43,981 bases of DNA. It comes from Candidatus Onthoplasma sp. GTDB lineage: Bacteria; Bacillota; Clostridia; Christensenellales; UBA1242. This document shows positions 36,165-43,981 of the stretch, piece after piece. The stretch spans positions 1 through 43,981 of the forward strand of contig JBNMLD010000003.1 in assembly GCA_050874685.1 (NCBI GenBank). The letters run 5' to 3'. A program made the translations under genes and the position numbers. A model generated the notes under the pieces. It was not told where the DNA came from and searched no databases. It saw only the letters and a list, made by a program, of their open reading frames with translations. Within the stretch, counting starts at the first letter, position 1. Each line of letters starts with the position of its first letter.

Positions 36165-37016
36165 TTATAGATTGCTTTCAGTTTCGTATTTCAATGGAAT
36201 ACCATAAACTGATTCATAAATATTTTTCCAGATATTAAAATTTTCTTCTTTCATTCTCTCAATATTTTGTTTATCGTCAAGTTTTTCATCAGCATAAATT
36301 GGTTTTTCAATATGGACAGTGTGTATTTGAATTGGAAAACCGTCTTCACCAGTTTGATCACTATCCTGCATGGTTACAAACATAGGTATAACTGGAACAT
36401 GATTTTTTACTGCAAATCTGAAAGCCCCATTTTGCAAAGGACGTGGTTTTCTATAATTCCACCACATTGATTCTTCTGGATACACAAGCACAAAGTTACC
36501 TTTTTGCAACAGATAATTTGTTGCCTTTAAAAACTTTTTCATTGTTTGTTCATTTTGACTTAAAGGCAAGGTATCACAATAACGCATGATTGGTGCAAAA
36601 CCCGCAGGTGGGTTTGTGTAATTACCCTCACGTATAACCTTGTACATACGTTTATGTTTAAGTTTTGCAGACCTAAAAGTTTGGTCAATAATAAAACTGT
36701 CAATCACTCCAAAATGATTACAAGTTACAATAGCACCAGTTTTTACTGAACGCATATTCCCTATGCCTTCAATTTTATCAACCCTATACATACCAGCTTG
36801 TTTGAGTTGCTTCAACATTTTGCCAGCACCTTTATAGGTAAAATGACGTTTTATTTTGTCAATCAAACCATTTTTTAAATAATCAATATCATCTGGTTTA
36901 AGTTCAATTGTAGGAGGGTCATTTTCGACCTCTTGACCAAACATACCCAAACGTTCATATTCTTTTATCTTTTCTAAAACATTTAATCTATCAACCGATT
37001 TTGATATTTCTTGCAT
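36165..37016 (-). CDS. lysophospholipid (PlsC-like) acyltransferase
   Basis: NHFGVID (HxxxxD), YPEESMWWNYRKPRP, GAF. Confidence 0.88.
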   Translation of the reverse strand: MQEISKSVDRLNVLEKIKEYERLGMFGQEVENDPPTIELKPDDIDYLKNGLIDKIKRHFTYKGAGKMLKQLKQAGMYRVDKIEGIGNMRSVKTGAIVTCNHFGVIDSFIIDQTFRSAKLKHKRMYKVIREGNYTNPPAGFAPIMRYCDTLPLSQNEQTMKKFLKATNYLLQKGNFVLVYPEESMWWNYRKPRPLQNGAFRFAVKNHVPVIPMFVTMQDSDQTGEDGFPIQIHTVHIEKPIYADEKLDDKQNIERMKEENFNIWKNIYESVYGIPLKYETESNL

Positions 37017-37054
37017 ACTTACCTTTTTTATCTTTAATCTTAATTTTTGTTGCT

Positions 37055-38095
37055 CTAAACTGTAGCAGTGCTTTTTGTTTTAACTTTAAATTCATTATTT
37101 GATGTGTTTTTGATAATGTCTGACACTTTAGGTGGATTTTTTTCAATAGATTTTTTAAAGTTGTTTGAATCAGCAACAACAGTTGAGGAATAAGAAATCA
37201 TATTTGCGGCTGCCTGATAATCCTTTTGACGTTGCTCTTCTGTGTATGAATCTCTTTGTTTTAAAAGCAATGTATAAAATTCAGTTTTTCTTGCTGCTTG
37301 CCAAAAATATTTATCAAACATTACATCATAATATTTCCAAGGTTTTTTGAACATATTGTAGTGAACAAGATACAAATCTTTTTCGTCAAATTCACTGTCT
37401 TCAACCGTCATTTTATCCCAGCCCTTTTCCATATACAAAACTTTGTTTTTGCAAAGGAAATTTAAATAATCTTGGTCTGGGCACATTGAACTGAATGGGT
37501 AATTGTTAAGATAATAAATAAATTGTTCTTCTATGCTTTGTTTTCTAAATTCTTTTAAGTTCATCAACAATATGCCAGAATTAAAGTACTTATCAGCATC
37601 TATACCAACAGCTTCTTGTACATAAGTTTTAAATTGAATGTTTGAATTAGCAACTTCGTCAACCACCGCACCAACAAGATTGTCGCCCAAATCTTTGTTG
37701 TACATTTTTGCAATATTATCAACAATGGCAATATCACAATCTAAATAGATTGCTTTATCCAACTTTGGAAACAATGAAGCGATGAAAATTCTATAATAGA
37801 TTGATGGAGAATAATAGTCTCTCAATTGAGCAACCAACTTATCTCGAATAGATTTGATTTTATTGCTGACATTTACAAATTTAATTTTAATGTTTCTTGT
37901 TTCCATCTTTTTCAATGCAAACATGTTTTCAATTTTCAAATGTTCATTAAGCACATATACACACACTTTTTGTTTCAATGGTGTTGTGTCGATAAGTGAC
38001 CTAATTGAAACTGCCAAATACGGAATATAATTGTCATCTGAAGAAAAGAACACAGGTATAATTTGATTTTGTTGTTTATTGTTTAAAATACTCAT
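37055..38095 (-). CDS. glycosyltransferase family 8
   Basis: DDNY, YYRI, YLDCD, YFNSG, DQDYLN, HYN..KKPW; start MSIL with AAAGGGGA SD. Confidence 0.92.
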   Translation of the reverse strand: MSILNNKQQNQIIPVFFSSDDNYIPYLAVSIRSLIDTTPLKQKVCVYVLNEHLKIENMFALKKMETRNIKIKFVNVSNKIKSIRDKLVAQLRDYYSPSIYYRIFIASLFPKLDKAIYLDCDIAIVDNIAKMYNKDLGDNLVGAVVDEVANSNIQFKTYVQEAVGIDADKYFNSGILLMNLKEFRKQSIEEQFIYYLNNYPFSSMCPDQDYLNFLCKNKVLYMEKGWDKMTVEDSEFDEKDLYLVHYNMFKKPWKYYDVMFDKYFWQAARKTEFYTLLLKQRDSYTEEQRQKDYQAAANMISYSSTVVADSNNFKKSIEKNPPKVSDIIKNTSNNEFKVKTKSTATV

Positions 38096-38490
38096 AATAA
38101 TAATTTCCCCTTTATATTTTGTTTTGCCACAATTGATTGTATTTTGTGACACAAACCATAACATACTGATTAAATATATTTGCAATTCAATATGCTATGA
38201 ATGCCAATATCATATAATTTGTTTACGCAGATTTTCAAGAGAATTGCCAAAAATTTCTCTAAATATTAGAATTGATTAAGAGAACCAAATTTTATTATTT
38301 TGAGAGGCAAAAATCAACTCTACTAAAATTAGAATTGACTTAAATCATGCCCACAAATTGTGGAAAAACGACAATTTTGGTGTTAAAAACAGCATTTTTA
38401 AGTCGTTTTTATAATCTTTTGCCACATTTTATTGATTTTAAACATCATTTTTTGTATAATCAAATTATAATATAAATAGGAAGGTATGTT

Positions 38491-39345
38491 ATGGACAAAC
38501 AAAAATTGAGTCATGAAAAAGTGTATCGTTTGATACAAACAATTGCTGTCATTTGCATGTTTGCCTCTGTTGCACTTGCAATTATGATGGCTTTCCAAGT
38601 GATAAAATACACCCCAGCCACACTTGCAATCGTTTTGGTTATTTTGGTTGTTAGTGTTTCATGTATGATGGTTCTGCCTTGGGTTAAACAACTTTCAAAA
38701 GGTGAATTTAAAGTTCTTTGCTATGTTATGTTTGCAATTGCCGCTGTAAGTTGCATTTTGTGGACAGCCGATGTTATTGTTGGCGTTAAACTTGCAACCA
38801 TGATTGACCAAGAGGTTGCTGATGCTGTATTGATTGGACAATTGAGATTTATTAAAATTAGTTTGATTATTTCTTTCCAACTGATTGTTGCAAGCTCAAT
38901 TGCTTCATTTGTTGTTAAGTATCGCAAAACAATGATAGCTTTCCAAGTTATCACATATATCAGCAATTTATACATCGACTTTTATGGTTCTTATGCCCTT
39001 GCTTGTGTTGTGTCAACAAACGACGGTTTACAATTTGTTGGTAACGCAGGTTTTGTTACAAATAAAATTTCAATTATGTTTGCAGTTATGGCTTTGGCAT
39101 TCGTTGCAATTTCAAACGCAGTTGTTAGAAGCATGGACAGACGCAAAAGACGTGATGCCCTTGCCCCAATGTTTGAAAGCCAAGACAAACAAGTTGCTCA
39201 AGCAAGCACACAATCAACCAACGAAGTTAAAGACGGAAAATCTGTTCAACAAAAATTGAAAGAATTGAAAAACCTTCTTGACAACAATTTAATCTCTGAA
39301 GAAGAATACGCAAAGAAACGTGATGAATTGATTGACCAACTATAA
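38491..39345 (+). CDS. multi-TM membrane protein with C-terminal SHOCT domain
   Basis: 6 TMs; KLKELKNLLDNNLISEEEYAKKRDELI. Confidence 0.82.
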   Translation: MDKQKLSHEKVYRLIQTIAVICMFASVALAIMMAFQVIKYTPATLAIVLVILVVSVSCMMVLPWVKQLSKGEFKVLCYVMFAIAAVSCILWTADVIVGVKLATMIDQEVADAVLIGQLRFIKISLIISFQLIVASSIASFVVKYRKTMIAFQVITYISNLYIDFYGSYALACVVSTNDGLQFVGNAGFVTNKISIMFAVMALAFVAISNAVVRSMDRRKRRDALAPMFESQDKQVAQASTQSTNEVKDGKSVQQKLKELKNLLDNNLISEEEYAKKRDELIDQL

Positions 39346-39365
39346 AAGATATCTTTTAATAAATT

Positions 39366-39396
39366 AAGACCACAGTTGTAATATGTGGTCTTTTTT
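39366..39396 (+). terminator. intrinsic terminator
   Basis: aagaccaca..tgtggtctttttt. Confidence 0.8.
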
Positions 39397-39630
39397 ATTG
39401 TGATTAACATTCAAATTATAGTTCAGTGCTGTAAAATGGCTTAAACTATTTATTTGTAATAGTTTTAAGATATGTTAGCAAACAATTATATTGTCACAAT
39501 CCATTTATGATAAATTGACAAAATTTTACTATTTTAACATTCAACAACACACGTAAAACTATTAAATCAGTGGACAAAAAATTAAGTTTTTGATAAAATA
39601 TGGAAAGTATTTTAATTAAAGGACATTTTT

Positions 39631-42327
39631 ATGGGATTATTTTCTTACTTATTTGCTTCAGACAACACAAGAAGCCTTAAAAAAATTGAAAAGATTGTTA
39701 AACAAATTGAAGATAAAGCAGGCACTTATGCCGCAATGACAGATGAAGAGTTGCAAGCTCAGACACCTGTTTTGAAAGACAGACTCAAGGCTGGTGAAAC
39801 AACTGATGATATTTTGCCAGACGCTTTTGCTGTTGTGCGTGAAGCAGCCACTCGTGTTTTGGGCATGAGGCACTTCCATGTTCAACTTATTGGTGGTGTT
39901 GTTTTACACCAAGGCCGTATTGCCGAAATGAGAACTGGTGAAGGTAAAACTTTAACAGCAACAACTGCAGTATATTTAAACGCATTGACTGGCAAAAATG
40001 TTCACGTTATTACCGTCAATGAATATTTGGCAACAACACAAGCAGAAATGATGGGAAAACTTTATAAATTCCTTGGCTTGACAATTGGCTGCACACTTGC
40101 TGGTCAACAACCCGCTGAAAAGAAAAAGGCTTATGAATGTGACATCACTTATGGTACAAACAATGAATTTGGCTTTGACTATTTGCGTGATAATATGCAA
40201 GTGAACAAAGAATATAAAGTTCAACGTGGTCACAACTTCTGTATAGTGGACGAAGTGGACTCTATTTTGATTGATGAAGCACGTACCCCACTTATCATTT
40301 CAGGTGCAGGTGGCAAATCTACCGACCTTTACACTGTTGCAGACAACTTTGCAAAAAGATTAAAACCAGAAGATTATGATATTGATATCAAACATAAACA
40401 AATCCGTTTGACAGAAACAGGTGTTAGCAAGGCTGAAACTTTCTTTAAACTTGAAAACTTAAGTGATATTCAAAACCTTGAAATCAACCACCATATCAAT
40501 AATGCTTTGCGTGCCAACTACATCATGATAAGGGATATCAACTATATTGTTAAAAATGATGAAGTCCTTATCGTTGATGAATTTACCGGCCGTATCATGC
40601 AAGGCAGACGTTATAGTGACGGTTTGCACCAAGCCATTGAAGCAAAAGAAGGTGTTAAAGTTCAAGAAGAAAACAAAACTTTGGCAACTATCACACTTCA
40701 AAATTATTTCAAACTTTATTCAAAATTAAGCGGTATGACAGGTACTGCAAAAACTGAAGAAGGTGAATTTAACAAAATCTACAACCTTGACGTTGTTACA
40801 ATCCCAACCAACAAACCTGTGCAACGTGTTGATGAACAAGATTTGATTTTCTACACTGAAGAAGCAAAATACAAAGCCATTGTTGAAGAAATCAAAGAAA
40901 AACATGAAAAAGGTCAACCTATTTTGGTTGGTACTGCATCTGTTGATAAATCAGAACGCATAAGCAAAGAAATTAAAAAATTGGGTATCCCACACAATCT
41001 TTTGAATGCAAAAAATCATGAACTTGAAGGTCAAATCATTGCTCAATCTGGTCGTGTTGGACAAGTTACCATTGCAACAAACATGGCTGGTCGTGGTACA
41101 GATATTTTGCTTGGTGGTAACCCAGAATTTTTGGCAAAACAAAAAATGCTTAATGAAAACGTTGAACCTGCTGTTATGGAAAAAATAACTTCATACAATG
41201 CAGATTTGACAGACGAAGAACAGGCATTAAAAGAAAAATATAAGCGCTACTATGCCGACTTTAAAAAAGTTACAGACGAAGAAAAGCAAAAAGTTATTGA
41301 ACTTGGCGGTCTTCACATTTTGGGTACTGAACGTCACGAATCACGTCGTATTGACAACCAATTGCGTGGTCGTGCCGGTCGTCAAGGTGACCCAGGTTCA
41401 AGTATCTTCTTCATCTCATTGGAAGATGATTTGCCACAACGTTTTGGCGAAAACAGAATGAAAAACTGGTTCTCTATTGTCTTCCGTGGCAATGAAGACA
41501 TGCCTTTACAATCAAAAATCTTAACAAAATTCTTTGAGTCAGCACAAAAGAAAGTTGAAGCAATGAACTTTGGCGCACGTAAAAATGTGCTTGAATATGA
41601 TGATGTTTTGAACAAACAACGTCAAATTATTTATGGCGAACGTGACAAAGTGCTTGATGGTGTTGATATTCACCCACAAATCCTTGAAATGCTTAAAGAG
41701 TTCACTTTTGAAACTTGCTTAAATTATTTAGACGAAACAAAACCTTACTATGAATGGGATTTGGAACCATTAAACAAAGAACTTGAAGCAAAACTTTTAA
41801 AACCAGGCACAAACCTTGTAACAAGCGAGTTTGTTGACGGACTTGATGCAAAACAAGTTGCTCAAAACGTTTATGACAAACTTTTGGAAATCTACGAAGC
41901 AAAAATTGATGAAGTTAAAAAACTTAATATTGACTTTAGCATATTTGAACGCAATGTCTTGCTTCATGTTGTTGATAAGTTCTGGACAGACCATATTGAC
42001 GCAATGAACACACTTCGTAATGAAATTGGCATTATGGCTTATGGTCAAAAAGACCCTGTTGTTGCTTACAAAAATGAAGGCTTTGAAATGTTTGACAAGA
42101 TGATTACTGACATACGTGACTACACTGCTGAAACTTTGTTTAAATCACAACTTAAAATTGAAGTTGTTCCAAAACGTCCAGTTGGTCCAATAAATGTTGG
42201 CAACACAAATAAAGGTGAAAATGTGCAAGCACGCAACCGTGATGCACACATTGGCAGAAATGACCTTTGCCCTTGCGGTAGTGGCAAAAAGTATAAAAAC
42301 TGCTGTATGAACAAAGACCAAAAATAA
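39631..42327 (+). CDS. secA: preprotein translocase ATPase SecA
   Basis: MRTGEGKT, DEVDSILIDEARTPLIISG, ATNMAGRGTDI, GRNDLCPCGSGKKYKNCC. Confidence 0.99.
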   Translation: MGLFSYLFASDNTRSLKKIEKIVKQIEDKAGTYAAMTDEELQAQTPVLKDRLKAGETTDDILPDAFAVVREAATRVLGMRHFHVQLIGGVVLHQGRIAEMRTGEGKTLTATTAVYLNALTGKNVHVITVNEYLATTQAEMMGKLYKFLGLTIGCTLAGQQPAEKKKAYECDITYGTNNEFGFDYLRDNMQVNKEYKVQRGHNFCIVDEVDSILIDEARTPLIISGAGGKSTDLYTVADNFAKRLKPEDYDIDIKHKQIRLTETGVSKAETFFKLENLSDIQNLEINHHINNALRANYIMIRDINYIVKNDEVLIVDEFTGRIMQGRRYSDGLHQAIEAKEGVKVQEENKTLATITLQNYFKLYSKLSGMTGTAKTEEGEFNKIYNLDVVTIPTNKPVQRVDEQDLIFYTEEAKYKAIVEEIKEKHEKGQPILVGTASVDKSERISKEIKKLGIPHNLLNAKNHELEGQIIAQSGRVGQVTIATNMAGRGTDILLGGNPEFLAKQKMLNENVEPAVMEKITSYNADLTDEEQALKEKYKRYYADFKKVTDEEKQKVIELGGLHILGTERHESRRIDNQLRGRAGRQGDPGSSIFFISLEDDLPQRFGENRMKNWFSIVFRGNEDMPLQSKILTKFFESAQKKVEAMNFGARKNVLEYDDVLNKQRQIIYGERDKVLDGVDIHPQILEMLKEFTFETCLNYLDETKPYYEWDLEPLNKELEAKLLKPGTNLVTSEFVDGLDAKQVAQNVYDKLLEIYEAKIDEVKKLNIDFSIFERNVLLHVVDKFWTDHIDAMNTLRNEIGIMAYGQKDPVVAYKNEGFEMFDKMITDIRDYTAETLFKSQLKIEVVPKRPVGPINVGNTNKGENVQARNRDAHIGRNDLCPCGSGKKYKNCCMNKDQK

Positions 42328-42383
42328 AAAATGAAATAAATCTATTTTGTTGGTTCTCATAAGCTCGGTTTGTTATTAACAAC

Positions 42384-42414
42384 AAAAAACTCACTAAAAA
42401 TAGTGAGCTTTTTT
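42384..42414. terminator. bidirectional terminator between secA and recR
   Basis: aaaaaactcacta-aaaa-tagtgagctttttt. Confidence 0.75.
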
Positions 42415-42484
42415 GTGTCTATTTATCGTTTTTTTAGCAAAATACTTTTCAAATTGAGAAAAATATTAACTTTTTTTAATATTA

Positions 42485-43078
42485 TTACATTTCACGGCGA
42501 GATTGAAGTGCTTTTGAAAGTGTCATCGCATCAGTATATTCAAGTTCACTGCCCATGCTGACACCTTGAGCAATACGAGTAACTTTAACACCCAACGGCT
42601 TAAGCAAATTTGCAATATACATAGCAGTTGCTTCCCCTTCCACATCGGGGTTTGTTGCAACAATAACCTCTTGAGTATTTTCTGTTTGCACACGTGACAA
42701 AAGTGATTTAATATTTATATCATTTGGACCTTTGCCTTCAAGTGGATTTATAACACCATGCAAAACATGATATGTCCCATTAAATTCACGAACTTTTTCA
42801 AGTGCTGTTACATCTTTTGGCTCTTTTACCACGCAAATTATATTATCTTTTTTAGGTCTTGAACAAATGTCACAAATTTCCTTATCTGTAAAATTTGCAC
42901 AAACTTTGCAATAATGAATTGTCTCTTTTGCTGTAACCATAGCATCGGCAAAATCTTTCACTTCAGCATCGGTTAAAGTAAGCAGAAAATAAGCATACCT
43001 TTGGGCTGTTTTTTTGCCAACACCTGGCAAATGTGAAAATTCATTAACAAGCCTTTCCATTGAATCAATTTGGTTCAT
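42485..43078 (-). CDS. recR: recombination mediator RecR
   Basis: LPGVGKKTAQR, C4 zinc finger, YHVLHG, ATNPDVEGEATA. Confidence 0.97.
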   Translation of the reverse strand: MNQIDSMERLVNEFSHLPGVGKKTAQRYAYFLLTLTDAEVKDFADAMVTAKETIHYCKVCANFTDKEICDICSRPKKDNIICVVKEPKDVTALEKVREFNGTYHVLHGVINPLEGKGPNDINIKSLLSRVQTENTQEVIVATNPDVEGEATAMYIANLLKPLGVKVTRIAQGVSMGSELEYTDAMTLSKALQSRREM

Positions 43079-43404
43079 TACATCAACCCGCCAAGGCCAC
43101 CCATTGCGCCCATTTTATCTTTGCTTAATTCATCGGCTTTTGCAATTGCGTCATTGAATGCAACCACAAGCAAATCTTCAAGCATTTCAACATCATCTGG
43201 GTCAACAGCATTTTTATTTAATTTAACTGATTTTAATTCTTTTTTGCCTGTCATGGTTATTTGCACCATGTCGCCACCAGCCTTGCCAACAACTTCTGCA
43301 TTTTCAAGTTCTTGTTGAGCCTTTTCCATTTGTTCTTGCATTTTGCGGGCTTGTTGCATGATTGCATTCATGTTCATTCCGCCACCAAAACCACCATAAG
43401 CCAT
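43078..43404 (-). CDS. ybaB: nucleoid-associated protein YbaB/EbfC
   Basis: MQQARKMQ, AGGDMV, VDPDDVEMLEDL; synteny with recR. Confidence 0.95.
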   Translation of the reverse strand: MAYGGFGGGMNMNAIMQQARKMQEQMEKAQQELENAEVVGKAGGDMVQITMTGKKELKSVKLNKNAVDPDDVEMLEDLLVVAFNDAIAKADELSKDKMGAMGGLGGLM

Positions 43405-43432
43405 ATTAATATCTCCTTATAATTACAATTAT

Positions 43433-43981
43433 TTATTCTTTAAACTTGATTTTTGACCTAAAAGCATCTTTCAAACTATCTTTGACATCTTGTGTTGAAG
43501 CATTTGTTTTATCATATTCTATTTCAACATCTTTGATGCTGTCGTCAAACAAATTTATCAGTTCCAATATTACATTAAGACGTTCAGTATTGTCAATCAT
43601 TTGATAACACCCCAAGTCGTTTGTGTGAAGTATCATTCTATTTAATCTCTTTTCAACTTTAACCACACTTAAAAGAGCATTTGATAACGCAAACAAATTA
43701 CGTTCTTTTGCTTTAATTAACACATTGCCCCAAACCTTGTCAGTTTCATTTGAACTTGTTGCCACAGGTTCGGTTTTTACAACTGGCTGTTGAACAGGTA
43801 TTTGTGCTGAACCAACAGCTGACTGAACTTCAACCAAAGGCACTGACAACGAAACCAAGTCAAGGCAGGTTGATTCAAACAAATTTTCTGGGTTAATGCT
43901 ATATTTTAAATCCAATTCCACACTTGCAAAACGGCTGAAAGCCATTTTTAAATAAACCAAATCAAATTGTGATGCAATTTC
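43433..43981 (-). CDS. dnaX: DNA polymerase III gamma/tau, C-terminal part (5' end outside window)
   Basis: frame is open to the window edge; dnaX-ybaB-recR synteny; LKYSINP..LFE resembles the end of domain III. Confidence 0.75.
   Translation of the reverse strand, partial: EIASQFDLVYLKMAFSRFASVELDLKYSINPENLFESTCLDLVSLSVPLVEVQSAVGSAQIPVQQPVVKTEPVATSSNETDKVWGNVLIKAKERNLFALSNALLSVVKVEKRLNRMILHTNDLGCYQMIDNTERLNVILELINLFDDSIKDVEIEYDKTNASTQDVKDSLKDAFRSKIKFKE

Overview
Low-GC chromosomal window from a Firmicute, most likely an uncultured Clostridia lineage (inferred from gene content and sigmaA-type promoters). Core genes are greA, holB-yaaT/ricT-yabB-rsmI, rpoB-rpoC, hflX, a yycJ/walJ-like hydrolase, rubrerythrin, free-standing tRNA-Ala(TGC) and tRNA-Ile(GAT), an Rrf2-iscS-iscU operon, GT2/GT8/acyltransferase genes, secA and dnaX(3' part)-ybaB-recR. 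These are interspersed with orphan genes, a 1267-aa Ig-like surface protein and two paralogous GLUG-type surface proteins, one frameshifted. Main observations: (1) RpoB and RpoC are unusually diverged at the rifampicin pocket, fork loop 2, F-loop, bridge helix and trigger loop, and lie outside the usual ribosomal-protein context. (2) The 3' ends of rpoB, rpoC and tRNA-Ala are each duplicated 82-105 bp downstream; the rpoB and rpoC copies differ from the genes only at synonymous positions. (3) The hflX leader has a uORF (MSINL) complementary to the hflX SD and start codon, which looks like an erm-type translational attenuator. (4) At least five genes appear leaderless. (5) A palindromic Rrf2 operator occurs twice. 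No integrase, transposase, reverse transcriptase or CRISPR array is visible. All alignments were done by eye, and E. coli residue numbers are from memory and need checking.
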